This document shows positions 14,942-23,847 of a stretch of DNA of 24,000 nt, in pieces (positions within the stretch are counted from its first letter, which is position 1; every line of letters starts with the position of its first letter). A model generated the notes under the pieces. That model was not told the origin of the DNA, made no database searches, and saw nothing but the letters and a program-made list of their open reading frames with translations. A program made the position numbers and the translations under genes. Origin of the DNA: Nitrososphaeraceae archaeon (GTDB taxonomy: Archaea > Thermoproteota > Nitrososphaeria > Nitrososphaerales > Nitrososphaeraceae); assembly GCA_009377575.1 (NCBI GenBank), contig WHTU01000002.1, positions 110,937 through 134,936 on the forward strand, in the 5' to 3' direction.

Positions 14942-16724
14942 CCACTTTCACCTCTTCTTTATTTTGTAGTTTCTTGAACTGTTCAATCATTCCGTTTTCA
15001 AGACCATCCAATCGTTGCACCTCTTCGTCAGGAATCTCAAACTTTGCTTTAAGTAGAGAGCTAATAACTGGCATTGCCCTTATATCAGCCAAGGGCGTTC
15101 CCTCTCTTAAGGCCTTAAGCGCCTCCTTGTAGAATCTCACCATCAGCTTGACTAGTTTCACCTGCTTTTGTGGGCTGCAATAGGTATCAACCTTATCAAA
15201 GGAATTTTGCTGGAGTATTCCTATTTTTATCATGCGTGCAACTTCCAAGATAAGCTTTTCTTCATCGGGAAGGGCTTCAGGTCCAAGAAGTCTCACAATT
15301 TCTTTCAATGTATCTTCTCTCTGCAAAATCTGATATGATTCTGCTCTCAACTCGAACCATTCACTGCTCACATTTTCCTTCCACCATTTGGCAACGTCCT
15401 CCAAGTATCCTGAATAGGACTGCATCCAGTTAATCGAAGGATAGTGCCTCGAGTATGCAAGTCTGGTATCTAGAGCCCAAAATGTTTTGATAAATCGGAT
15501 AGTATGCGTCGTCACGGGCTCGGTGAAATCGGCGCCTGAAGGAGAGACAGCTCCTATCAGAGTCACAGAGCCGCTTCTTTCGGGCAGACCCAAAGACCTG
15601 ACTCGGCCAGCGCGTTCATAAAATTCTGCCAATCTGGATGCAAGGTAAGATGGATAACCTTCTTCAGCCGGCATCTCTTCAAGCCTTCCTGACATTTCTC
15701 TCAATGCCTCAGCCCACCTACTTGTGGAATCGGCAACCAATACAGTATCAAGACCCATGTCTCTGTAATACTCGGCAATAGTCACACCTGTGTAAATAGA
15801 AGCTTCGCGGGCGGCTACCGGCATGTTACTAGTGTTTGCTACAAGAACTGTTCTTTCCATCAAGGGCCTACCGGAATGTGGGTCAAGTAGATGTGGGAAT
15901 TCCACCAATACCTCGGTCATTTCATTTCCGCGCTCGCCACATCCTATGTAGACGACAACTTTTGAATCAGCCCACTTCGCTATCTGGTGTAGTGTTACAG
16001 TCTTGCCTGTTCCGAATCCGCCAGGAATGGCTCCCGTGCCTCCCTTTGCGATGGGGAAATACGTGTCAATAATACGCTGGCCTGTGACAAGCGGCACTGT
16101 AGGATCATATCTCTCGGTGTAAGGTCTAGCATGTCGAACTGGCCATTTGTGATACATCTTGAGCTCTGTATGATAGCCACCATCCTTTTGAGTCTCGGCC
16201 AAAACTTGTTCCAAATCATATTCCCCTTCACCAATCATGTTACTTATCATACCTCCACGATGATTAGGAGGCACAAGAATGCTATGAGTAAGCAATGGAG
16301 TTTCATCTACCGTGCCTAGAATTGAACCACCAGTAATATTATCTCCTTTCTTTACAGTTGGAACAAATTTGTACTTCTTCTTTAGATCTATTGGTGTGGT
16401 TTCGATCCCCCTTCCAATAAAATCACCTGATTTCTTGGCCATCTCACTCAATGGCCTTTGTATGCCATCATAAATCTGGCCAATGATCCCAGGACCGAGA
16501 GTGACAGATAGCGGTTGACCTGTTCCAACCACAGGTTCACCAGGTTTCAAACCCGAGGTCGTCTCATAAACCTGAATAAATGCTACGTCTCCGGTAAGCC
16601 TAATGACTTCGCCAATTAGTTTAGATTCACCTACCTCAACTGTTTCATACATCTTTGCAGATGACATTCCATCGGCCCTAACAGCTGGACCGCTAACCCA
16701 GACTATTCTACCTTTTGCGACCAA
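14934..16724 (-). CDS. atpA: A-type ATPase catalytic subunit A
   Basis: 596 aa with a Walker A motif (GGFGTGKTV). It also has [18 protein letters not shown]-like [20 protein letters not shown] and an N-terminal [11 protein letters not shown]. It has a TTG start preceded by a purine-rich GAGAGAGG and overlaps atpE by 22 nt. Confidence 0.95.
   Translation of the reverse strand: MVAKGRIVWVSGPAVRADGMSSAKMYETVEVGESKLIGEVIRLTGDVAFIQVYETTSGLKPGEPVVGTGQPLSVTLGPGIIGQIYDGIQRPLSEMAKKSGDFIGRGIETTPIDLKKKYKFVPTVKKGDNITGGSILGTVDETPLLTHSILVPPNHRGGMISNMIGEGEYDLEQVLAETQKDGGYHTELKMYHKWPVRHARPYTERYDPTVPLVTGQRIIDTYFPIAKGGTGAIPGGFGTGKTVTLHQIAKWADSKVVVYIGCGERGNEMTEVLVEFPHLLDPHSGRPLMERTVLVANTSNMPVAAREASIYTGVTIAEYYRDMGLDTVLVADSTSRWAEALREMSGRLEEMPAEEGYPSYLASRLAEFYERAGRVRSLGLPERSGSVTLIGAVSPSGADFTEPVTTHTIRFIKTFWALDTRLAYSRHYPSINWMQSYSGYLEDVAKWWKENVSSEWFELRAESYQILQREDTLKEIVRLLGPEALPDEEKLILEVARMIKIGILQQNSFDKVDTYCSPQKQVKLVKLMVRFYKEALKALREGTPLADIRAMPVISSLLKAKFEIPDEEVQRLDGLENGMIEQFKKLQNKEEVKVVV
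14948..14954 (-). promoter_or_regulatory. Shine-Dalgarno sequence GAGGTGA for atpB
   Basis: It is complementary to the conserved archaeal 16S rRNA 3' end and lies 6 nt upstream of the TTG start, inside the atpA 3' end. Confidence 0.55.
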
Positions 16725-17347
16725 CTTTCTCTTCCTCTCTCTCCTCTCAAGACTTGGACAATGTTTTTCCTTATTAAAGGTTTGAGCCGTTCTATTCTAG
16801 AGTCTATGGAATCATCATAACTCAATGTTCCATCTGAGGAAGTGACACGTATTCCACCTAGGATGTCGATACTCTTATTAGCTACAACCATCTTTGTTCC
16901 CATTTCTTTGTTAATACTATCCGCAACTTTGCGTACTAGACTATAGTCAGTCTTATTACATTCGATGGAAAGGTCATTCTTTCCCATTTCCTTGAAGGCA
17001 TTCAATAAGGCTTGTTTCATCAACTTTTCATAATCCGGTTCCTTATGTAGTGATGACAATCTCTTCCTTACCATCTCGAAGACGGTTCTAACTGAATCTT
17101 CAATTAGGATAAGCTGATTATTCCTCGCAGACAGTCTACTTGAACCAACGATTTGCCGCTTGAGATTTTCAGCCTGCTTCCTTGCATTTTCAATTATCGC
17201 CAAGTATTCCGAATTGAGTTTACTTTTAGAAGAATCCAGATTTCTTAGAGATTCCTGATAGGCAGAGTCTATTTTTGAAATTAATTCACTCTCCTTTTGT
17301 GATAAAACCTTGTCAATAGTCCTCTCTAGCGGCGAGGATGAACTCAT
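16703..17347 (-). CDS. atpE: A-type ATPase subunit E (peripheral stalk)
   Basis: 214 aa with a long charged N-terminal helix and a globular C-terminal domain ending [21 protein letters not shown], as in E subunits. It is the first gene of the cluster. TTAAAAT (17376-17382) lies 28 nt upstream of the ATG. Confidence 0.8.
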   Translation of the reverse strand: MSSSSPLERTIDKVLSQKESELISKIDSAYQESLRNLDSSKSKLNSEYLAIIENARKQAENLKRQIVGSSRLSARNNQLILIEDSVRTVFEMVRKRLSSLHKEPDYEKLMKQALLNAFKEMGKNDLSIECNKTDYSLVRKVADSINKEMGTKMVVANKSIDILGGIRVTSSDGTLSYDDSIDSRIERLKPLIRKNIVQVLRGERGRESWSQKVE

Positions 17348-17375
17348 TATGGTCTGAAGTTCTTCGGCATACGTG

Positions 17376-17382
17376 ATTTTAA
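17376..17382 (-). promoter_or_regulatory. TATA-box-like element of the atpE-led ATPase operon (TTAAAAT)
   Basis: It lies 28 nt upstream of the atpE ATG, in the 106 bp gap after the Mut7-C gene. Confidence 0.45.
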
Positions 17383-17453
17383 CCTTTTGCTATTTTTCAT
17401 TGTCATGCTCAATATGTGACAGAGAATGGCGCATCTAGTAAATTAATGTATGA

Positions 17454-17996
17454 TCAATTGGGGATGCAAGAAATCGTGTACAACTCTTGGTTAATTGATT
17501 CGGCTAGAGAGTCTAGTGCTGCTTTATGGCTCCCTTCCCAGTAGACTTTCTTACACCCCTTACATTGATAAAAATGAGAATTTAAAAGATACGATTTTGG
17601 AGGGATTATGTTATAGAGATCACCTAACTCTTTTTTCTCTTTCTTTTCGAGTTCTAGATTGCATATGGGACATCTTGCAGATGCCGAATCATACAATATA
17701 TTCTTGATATTGCATTCAGCAAAGATTTTTACCATATTTGCCTTATCTGTAAGACCTTGCAAATGTACGCTTCCAATTCTTTTTTTCAAAGATCTCTTGA
17801 ACAATTCCTTATCTGATGTTAAAAGGATTCGTCGCTGAATACTACAATAGTTGAGTATATGTTCATCAGTAATTGAACTGCTATAAGCTGTATCCATTCC
17901 GAATATCCTAAGCTTCCGAGCCAAACTTCCGTGCATCGAATCCGCAAAAAAGGCTAGACCTCTAAACGGCTGCTGCTTCGCCTCTACACTCTTCAC
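17454..17996 (-). CDS. Mut7-C (DUF82) PIN-like RNase with C-terminal zinc ribbon
   Basis: The motifs FFADSMHGSLARKLRIFGMDT, RILLTSDKELF, RCPICNLEL and CKGCKKVYWEGSH match the Mut7-C family pattern. The start is ambiguous. The GTG at 17994-17996 gives a 35 nt overlap with the upstream gene. The ATG at 18048-18050 (the ORF-track start) gives an 89 nt overlap. Confidence 0.8.
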   Translation of the reverse strand: MKSVEAKQQPFRGLAFFADSMHGSLARKLRIFGMDTAYSSSITDEHILNYCSIQRRILLTSDKELFKRSLKKRIGSVHLQGLTDKANMVKIFAECNIKNILYDSASARCPICNLELEKKEKKELGDLYNIIPPKSYLLNSHFYQCKGCKKVYWEGSHKAALDSLAESINQELYTISCIPN

Positions 17997-18552
17997 ATGT
18001 GAAAGTTCCTTGAACGTACTGCAACAGATCAGACCACTCGCCACATTCATCGCAATATCCTGATACGTTCCCTATGGGCCGACCAATTTCCCCTCTGATC
18101 AGCGACGCCTTCTCGGACACAACGTCCACCAATTCTGGAGTGACGGCGATAACGTCTGATGCAGATATTATGCCTACCAGCCTTCCTTTGTAGACCACAC
18201 CCAACCTTTTGATGTTTTTTTGCCTTAGCTGCCTAGCTGCTTCGGTAACACTCTCTTCTCCTTCAATAGTATGAAGCTGCTTCATAATGTCAGATCCTTT
18301 GATCATGCTAGGTTTGACATCCTGAACAACCGTATTTGTTACTATGTCCCAATCTGTAACAATTCCTACCGGATTTTCATTCCTCATGATGACTATGCTG
18401 CCTATTTTCTCGTCATTCATTCTCTTCGCGATTTCATTCACGGAGTCGTCTGGATGACAAGACACAACTGTACTATTCATGATATCCCTCACAAGAACCC
18501 TAGTAGTCATATTTGCATCCCGGTGCTTGCTTATGGAATCCCTTTCGGCCAC
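17962..18552 (-). CDS. CBS-domain pair protein with C-terminal CxxC...CxxC zinc ribbon
   Basis: It has two CBS repeats (VRDIMNSTVVSCHPDDSVNEIAKRM..IGSIVIM; GSDIMKQLHTIEGEESVTEAARQL..IKRLGVV) followed by CDECGEW...CEECRGE. The ORF-track start is the GTG at 18552. The ATG at 18508-18510 (MTTRVLVRDIM) is an equally plausible start. Confidence 0.85.
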   Translation of the reverse strand: MAERDSISKHRDANMTTRVLVRDIMNSTVVSCHPDDSVNEIAKRMNDEKIGSIVIMRNENPVGIVTDWDIVTNTVVQDVKPSMIKGSDIMKQLHTIEGEESVTEAARQLRQKNIKRLGVVYKGRLVGIISASDVIAVTPELVDVVSEKASLIRGEIGRPIGNVSGYCDECGEWSDLLQYVQGTFTCEECRGEAAAV

Positions 18553-18649
18553 AATAGATGAAGACTATGATTTACTTAATTACTTTGCTGGGACTGAGAA
18601 CTGTCAATTTGCAGATTTAATATCGTTATGACATGTTTAACTTTATTAA

Positions 18650-20668
18650 TTAGGAATGCACTTCTCCCACCGCTCGGGCTAGCAGATCGCCTTTTTTTGT
18701 AATTAGTATCTTTGATTGGCCGTGAGGAATGGTCTTTATAATCTCGTCTATTGAAAGCGACTTGAGGTACTCTAAGAGGTCCTTGAAGTCTTCAGAAATG
18801 TTAGAGCATGTGCCTACCATCTCCTGTTTAAACTTTTTAGCCAGACTAGTTGGATCATTTCCACCTGGTAATAACACGCAATATGCAATAGATTTCCTTT
18901 TTACCGCTTCCTGAGGACCACACATTAAGGCATATTTTTTTTCCAAGACGATAACACCCAAAGCCAGCCCAATCTCAATCCCCTTGACAAAGTTCCTCTT
19001 TCCTTGTATTACAAAGGAACCTTTAGGAAGAAACTGTCCGGTGGGAGCGCCTTTCTTTACCTGTTCTGGAAAGACCCAATAAGCGTCAGCAACTGACAAT
19101 CCGTCCTTCCAAGCCCTACTAAACGATACCGTTGCCTGAGCTGCTTCCAAAAGACTTATTTTGAATTGTTCGGCGCCATTGGTTGGTACATTCTTGACGA
19201 CAAAGAATGGCGATCCATGGACTTCCGCATGAAATACCAAATCTTGATCCGTTAAATGCTTCCGTATAATTGCGGAATTTGATGAGGCATCTCTTCCTCC
19301 GATGCACAAAAGCCCTTCACTACCTACAAACCACCTATATCTTTCAAACCACTCTTTTTCAACTTGAAGTTTTACAGCTGCTTTCTTTTGTAGTAGGTCA
19401 GCTTTTTTTCTTAAATCTTGCATTTGTTCAATGAGTTTAGATTTGGCATTTCTAATTGATTGACAACCCCTTTCCAATTCCTTTGCTCTATCAAACAACA
19501 ACGAGGAAGTTCTTGGCAGGCGAGGATCGAAAGGTATAGATTCATCGACTACTTCAAGAAATTTTCTGCCTGCAATGGTAACGATCTTCGAGGTGTTTTT
19601 TTCTAGAACTGAAGATAAGGATTTGTCTTGGGTATCAGTCACAACATTAGAAAGCGTCATGAGTTCCTGTGCCAGCTTCCTGATTGCATTAGACTTCTCA
19701 ATCACTTCCGTCTCGGCTTGATTCTGTTGATCGTAATCATGTTCTAGAACAGCAATTTTGTTATCTAATTCAACTGTACGGCTGCTTGAACCCTCTTCCT
19801 TTAATAGTTCACTAAAAACAACGTCCACAGCTTCCATCAGAGTCTCATAGGGAACATATGCTGCTTCCCCTGAGATTGATTTCAATCGGAAGGGTATTAC
19901 ATTTGCTGGACGACCAGTAATGTCTAAAACCACTAATGGGGTATGCATTGATGGTGCACATACGTCAAATACAAGTTTTCTGGTAAATTCAAAGAGTATT
20001 TCTATGTCTTCATTGGTTGTATCGCTTAGTTTCCTGTGCTTCATTTTGGCCCTGGTAACTATTTCTTCGATGTATTTTTTAGAAAGCGAGACATTCCTGC
20101 CTAGCCACTTTTCAACCTCCATGTTCTGGTCCAGCTCCTTGTCATGCAAATCCAATAAATCACCGATTGAGAGATCAAAGATGTTAATGCCGCGGGGTGG
20201 AGGTGACTGGTAAGTCATACCTGTTCTAAGTGTTCTATGTCTAACCTCAACAGGATTTAGAATTGTAATTATCATATTATTTTCGTCGCATACTATTACG
20301 TTTCCCTTACGAAAGAATTCTGCAACTAGGACTCTCAAACGGCCATCAAGGTGTCTAAACTTGAGGTAGGCTACACGCTCATCTCCTACCTGCTCTATGC
20401 TCTCTAACTTTGCTCTCTCTATCTCTGATTTCATACTACTAATAATGGGACTGTCTTCGAAAGTACGGAAGTTCATCTTTGTGATCCATATTCCAGTTGT
20501 AGAAAGAAGCAAAATAACATCAGGGAGATTAGGATGGCGCATTTTCAGGGAAAATGAATTTCTTGAAATACTTGATATACTGCCTACATAATATCCTTGA
20601 TTTAGTTTATGATTGATATCTCCAATTAGGCAATGCAACTCAAGACCCGATAGTTCCATGCTCTTCAT
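18650..20668 (-). CDS. NFACT-family protein (RqcH/NEMF/FbpA-like, ribosome quality control)
   Basis: About 672 aa with an NFACT-N-like N-terminus, a central coiled coil and a DUF814/NFACT-R signature (GGRDASSNSAIIRKHLTDQDLVFHAEVHGSPFFVVK). The ORF-track TTG at 20689 lies inside the TATA-like TTATAATT (20688-20695), so I prefer the ATG at 20666-20668. The ATG at 20657-20659 is also possible. Confidence 0.85.
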   Translation of the reverse strand: MKSMELSGLELHCLIGDINHKLNQGYYVGSISSISRNSFSLKMRHPNLPDVILLLSTTGIWITKMNFRTFEDSPIISSMKSEIERAKLESIEQVGDERVAYLKFRHLDGRLRVLVAEFFRKGNVIVCDENNMIITILNPVEVRHRTLRTGMTYQSPPPRGINIFDLSIGDLLDLHDKELDQNMEVEKWLGRNVSLSKKYIEEIVTRAKMKHRKLSDTTNEDIEILFEFTRKLVFDVCAPSMHTPLVVLDITGRPANVIPFRLKSISGEAAYVPYETLMEAVDVVFSELLKEEGSSSRTVELDNKIAVLEHDYDQQNQAETEVIEKSNAIRKLAQELMTLSNVVTDTQDKSLSSVLEKNTSKIVTIAGRKFLEVVDESIPFDPRLPRTSSLLFDRAKELERGCQSIRNAKSKLIEQMQDLRKKADLLQKKAAVKLQVEKEWFERYRWFVGSEGLLCIGGRDASSNSAIIRKHLTDQDLVFHAEVHGSPFFVVKNVPTNGAEQFKISLLEAAQATVSFSRAWKDGLSVADAYWVFPEQVKKGAPTGQFLPKGSFVIQGKRNFVKGIEIGLALGVIVLEKKYALMCGPQEAVKRKSIAYCVLLPGGNDPTSLAKKFKQEMVGTCSNISEDFKDLLEYLKSLSIDEIIKTIPHGQSKILITKKGDLLARAVGEVHS

Positions 20669-20780
20669 CGTGACTCTATCAACAACCAATTATAACACTT
20701 TTCCACGCTAACCGTAAGGAATTAAACCAGGGTGCTTCAAGACTGTAATAATCGTATTGTACCTCGTCGATAGATTGAAC

Positions 20781-21071
20781 ATGTTCGATAGAATTTATTA
20801 TTTGCGTGCAGTTCTTGGTGTCATAGGGGGAGTCATGGCAGGCCTAATCATAACACCAGGTACCGATCAAGGGACGACAATAGGCATTGTCATACTTATC
20901 GGTTTGTTCTTTTATTTGCTATCGTACGGTTTATCAAGAAAAATTGGTCGGTCAGTTCAAAGAACACAAAGGAAAAAGCTTGCAACTAACGGCATTTTCC
21001 CCTTTATTTTCCTCCTTTTGATGTTTATGATCTTTGTTTATACAGGGTTAAATCAAGGTCTCGCAGGTTAA
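20781..21071 (+). CDS. Hypothetical small integral membrane protein (96 aa, 3 predicted TM segments)
   Basis: It has three hydrophobic stretches (AVLGVIGGVMAGLII, IGIVILIGLFFYLLSYGL, IFPFIFLLLMFMIFVYTGL). TAATAAT (20746-20752) lies 28 nt upstream of the ATG at 20781. The ORF-track TTG at 20757 is too close to that box. Confidence 0.55.
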   Translation: MFDRIYYLRAVLGVIGGVMAGLIITPGTDQGTTIGIVILIGLFFYLLSYGLSRKIGRSVQRTQRKKLATNGIFPFIFLLLMFMIFVYTGLNQGLAG

Positions 21072-21101
21072 AATAGGGGAAGTTGCCAAAATTTTGGCAA
21101 A

Positions 21102-21695
21102 TTGCATTGGAAATTTGATACCCCGGGGATCCCTGATGAGCTGTTCGAAAGATCCGAGCAGGTTCCTATAACAAAGGAAGAAGTTAGAGCGCTAACAATC
21201 TGCAAGTTGAGGCTAAAGAAAGGCTTTTCCGCCATTGATATTGGCTGTGGTAGCGGTAGCCTGACCGTCGAAATCTGCAATCAGATCAGAGGAGGGGTCG
21301 TCTATGCAATTGATTTCGATGAAAAGGCAGTAGAATTAACGAGGTTGAACTTGAGTCGATTCAGCCTTAATGCCGAGGTCATACTATCTGATGCACAAGA
21401 TGCACTTCCAAGACTTCCGCAGGTCAATTCCATAGTTGTTGGCGGAACGTGGAGCAACACAAGAAAGATTATCGAAATGGGAATAGCAAAATTGCAAGAG
21501 AATGGTCGGTTGGTTATTAATACCATCTTGATAGAATCAGCATATGAGGCATTGTCTACAATTTATAACGCGAATCTTGAAGAGGTAGATGTCACACAGG
21601 TCATAATTTCAAAATCAAGAAAGGTAACGACTGGAACCATGATGTTGGCGAGAAACCCGGTTCTAATAATCTCGGCAACTAAACCATCGTCCTAG
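21102..21695 (+). CDS. cbiT: Cobalt-precorrin-6B C15-methyltransferase (decarboxylating), CbiT
   Basis: The translation GIPDELFER..VPITKEEVRALTICKLRL..AIDIGCGSGSLTVE...VYAIDFDEKAVELTRLNL...GTMMLARNPVLII matches CbiT as I recall it (MJ0391-like). The only canonical start upstream of the conserved N-terminus is the TTG at 21102. Confidence 0.85.
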   Translation: MHWKFDTPGIPDELFERSEQVPITKEEVRALTICKLRLKKGFSAIDIGCGSGSLTVEICNQIRGGVVYAIDFDEKAVELTRLNLSRFSLNAEVILSDAQDALPRLPQVNSIVVGGTWSNTRKIIEMGIAKLQENGRLVINTILIESAYEALSTIYNANLEEVDVTQVIISKSRKVTTGTMMLARNPVLIISATKPSS

Positions 21696-21846
21696 ATCTA
21701 TAATATCCAGCATAAAATGTCCAATAAAATAAGGAATTTGTATTCTTATATCTGATGCTCCAGTCTTTGTTGTGCTCGACTAAAACACGAAATAATTGCA
21801 ACGTGCTTGAGTTTTCGATTGATTTTGCATCAATCCAGAGCGTAAC

Positions 21847-21854
21847 TTAAATTA
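21847..21854 (+). promoter_or_regulatory. TATA-box-like element of cbiL-cbiF (TTAAATTA)
   Basis: It lies 22 nt upstream of the cbiL ATG, in the 181 bp gap after cbiT. Confidence 0.4.
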
Positions 21855-21876
21855 CTGCTGGGCCCATTTTTGAAAA

Positions 21877-22596
21877 ATGAGGCTTTCTTGTATTGGATGT
21901 GGGCCGGGAGATCCAGAGCTACTCACAATTAAAGCGTTGGATAGGTTGAAATCGGCAGACATTATATTCGGTCCAACCTCAAGGGAAGGAAAACCGAGCA
22001 TAGCTATTGGGGTGGTTGACAGATATATCAACAGACAAAACCAAAGTGTTAGAACGTTGATTTTTCCGATGAAAAAAGATAAAGAATCATTGGTAAGCCA
22101 TTGGAAGAAAAACGCCTCTGAGATCGCCGAAGCGGTTTATTCAGGGAAGAAGGTGGTTTATCTAACCGTTGGGGATCCATCTCTGTACAGCACATGGGCT
22201 TATGTCTTTAGAGAATTTAAGGAAAGTTTCCGGGATATAGAGCTCGAGATCATTCCCGGCATAACTTCTATATTCTCTTTTGCTGCCGAGGCAAAATTGA
22301 GTCTAGCTGAAGGAGAGCAGACAGTGGGTATAATTCCAGCATGCTATGACATCGAAAGAGTAAGAAATACGGCGAGCACGTGTGACACTGTAATTTTTCT
22401 AAAAGATGGAAGATATTTCGGTAAGGTAATACGCGTGTTGCCGCAAGCTGGATTTGGTAACGATTCTATGGTAACCATAGCTCAGGACGTCTCAATCGAT
22501 AAACAATCAATTAAGACTTTTCAACTACGAGAATTGCAAGATGTTACCGAGACAGGAGAAAAGTATTTTTCCATTATGGTTGTGAAAAAGAAATGA
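21877..22596 (+). CDS. cbiL: Cobalt-factor II / precorrin-2 C20-methyltransferase, CbiL (CobI)
   Basis: It has the tetrapyrrole methylase fold (GCGPGDPELLTIKALDRLKSADIIF). The internal FPM...HWKKNASEIAEAV..GKKVVYLTVGDPSLYSTWAYV is typical of CbiL/CobI. TTAAATTA (21847-21854) lies 22 nt upstream of the ATG. Confidence 0.85.
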   Translation: MRLSCIGCGPGDPELLTIKALDRLKSADIIFGPTSREGKPSIAIGVVDRYINRQNQSVRTLIFPMKKDKESLVSHWKKNASEIAEAVYSGKKVVYLTVGDPSLYSTWAYVFREFKESFRDIELEIIPGITSIFSFAAEAKLSLAEGEQTVGIIPACYDIERVRNTASTCDTVIFLKDGRYFGKVIRVLPQAGFGNDSMVTIAQDVSIDKQSIKTFQLRELQDVTETGEKYFSIMVVKKK

Positions 22597-23399
22597 TCCA
22601 GAAGAGAGCACGTCAACCTGTCGTATTTTTCGCCGGCTCAGGCCCTGGAGATCCTGAACTTATTACGGTGAAGGCAAGAAATCTACTGTCTAAAGCGGAT
22701 ACAATTGTCTATTCAGGCTCCTTATTAAATCCAAAATTACTTCAGTGTGCGAAGAAGAATGCAAGTTTGTACGACGCCTCTTTGATAGATAGAGAAAAAA
22801 TTTATGAAATATTGAGAGATGCTTCGTGGGCTGGTCAGCTTGTTATGAGGTTGCATGATGGGGATCCGAACATTTATGGTGCTACTAAAGAACAAGTGGA
22901 CAAGTTGCAGGCAGATGGGATAACTTGTAAAATGATCCCTGGAGTTACTTCTCTTTTAGGAGCTGCTGCATCTTTGAATATGGAATTAACGCTACCTGGA
23001 AATACTCAGACCATAATTATTACAAGAGCAGAGCTCAGGACTCCTGTTCCTGAAAGAGAAAAGATCTCCAAACTTGCATCACATGGTTCAACTATGGCCT
23101 TTTATCTGAGTGTTCACTTGATTAAGGAAATAGTTCGACAGTTGTTGGAAGGAGGAGTATATACTTTTGATACGCCGGCTGCGGTTGTTTACAGAGCTAC
23201 TTGGGAGGATGAAGTCATTATTACAGGGAATCTAGCAGACATTGCAATCAAAACTCAAAAAGCACGCATAACCAAGACCGCGCTGTTTATTGTTGGTAAC
23301 GTAGTAAAACCAACAGGTTACCAATTTTCGAAGGTATATGACCCAGACTTTAGCCATGGCTATAGAAAAGCATCAATTCAACCCAAAGTTGACAGTTGA
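22593..23399 (+). CDS. cbiF: Cobalt-precorrin-4 C11-methyltransferase, CbiF (CobM)
   Basis: The motifs VVFFAGSGPGDPELITVKARNLL..ADTIVYSGSLLNP, RLHDGDPNIYGATKEQ, IPGVTSLLGAAASL and TALFIVGNVV match CbiF/CobM. Its start overlaps the cbiL stop by 4 nt (ATGA). Confidence 0.9.
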   Translation: MIQKRARQPVVFFAGSGPGDPELITVKARNLLSKADTIVYSGSLLNPKLLQCAKKNASLYDASLIDREKIYEILRDASWAGQLVMRLHDGDPNIYGATKEQVDKLQADGITCKMIPGVTSLLGAAASLNMELTLPGNTQTIIITRAELRTPVPEREKISKLASHGSTMAFYLSVHLIKEIVRQLLEGGVYTFDTPAAVVYRATWEDEVIITGNLADIAIKTQKARITKTALFIVGNVVKPTGYQFSKVYDPDFSHGYRKASIQPKVDS

Positions 23400-23436
23400 T
23401 TGATTCAAGGTAGGGTTAGCTGAGACTGTTTCAATC

Positions 23437-23760
23437 TTAGCTTATATCTATTCTAGAGATCTCTTTCTGTCCTACTGTTGACCAGGCCCCCATCGCCATT
23501 GAAGTCGCTGGCTGACTCTGGTCAGAAGATTCGGGCAGGTTCATGATCTCACTTAAGATTATTTCCTTAGGATCCCATGGGGGCCATAGCATAGCGACGC
23601 ATTCCCCTGTCTTGCCTGCCTCCTCTAAGCTTGCCAGTTTCATCTTCTGGATGTCAAAGCCTTTCTTCCCCAGTAGATCTTTAACTTTTTCAAATAAGGC
23701 CATTCTTCCATGGACTATGATATGAACATTAGCATTCTCAGAATTTGTTGTTGCAGACAT
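23437..23760 (-). CDS. Hypothetical protein (107 aa from the internal ATG)
   Basis: I prefer the ATG at 23758-23760 (MSATTNSENANVHIIVHG...) because TTTATA (23789-23794, minus sense) lies 28 nt upstream. The 70-residue N-terminal extension in the ORF track also looks non-protein-like and conflicts with a plus-strand ORF. I recognise no family for this protein. Confidence 0.45.
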   Translation of the reverse strand: MSATTNSENANVHIIVHGRMALFEKVKDLLGKKGFDIQKMKLASLEEAGKTGECVAMLWPPWDPKEIILSEIMNLPESSDQSQPATSMAMGAWSTVGQKEISRIDIS

Positions 23761-23788
23761 GATTCTAGTTGTATCATGTGGGGCAATG

Positions 23789-23794
23789 TATAAA
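23789..23794. promoter_or_regulatory. Possible shared or bidirectional TATA element (TATAAA / TTTATA)
   Basis: It lies 28 nt from the minus-strand ATG at 23760 and 29 nt from the plus-strand TTG at 23824. The plus-strand ATG at 23848 is 53 nt away. Confidence 0.35.
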
Positions 23795-23847
23795 CGTGTT
23801 TGCCAAGAAATCCAAATGTTACGTTGACGGCGTTTGCCAATTCTTAC

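Noticed and set aside
14379-14969. A 196 aa plus-strand ORF antisense to atpB, plus similar ORFs antisense to atpI (10372-10775), atpA (15836-16319), serS, the recJ-like gene, NFACT and others
   Set aside because: They are long shadow ORFs opposite highly conserved genes. The translations are Ser/Pro/Thr-rich and low in complexity, and none has promoter or family support.
20781-21695. The small membrane ORF and cbiT are in the same frame, separated by one TAA and 10 sense codons, which could suggest stop-codon read-through or a split gene
   Set aside because: CbiT homologues start right at the GIPDE region. The membrane protein has no relation to CbiT, and same-frame adjacency has a 1 in 3 chance.
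21696-21876. A cobalamin riboswitch or operator upstream of cbiL, including a 7 bp palindrome GATTGAT-TTTGC-ATCAATC (21817-21835)
   Set aside because: No B12-box-like sequence is present, and riboswitches of this class are not expected in archaea. A 7 bp AT-rich palindrome is expected several times by chance in 24 kb.
23437-23760. The 107 aa protein next to cbiF as a small CbiX-type cobaltochelatase (IIVHGRM resembles the xVGHGSR start)
   Set aside because: The resemblance stops after a few residues. The conserved downstream His and PLF-type motifs are absent, so I left it as hypothetical.
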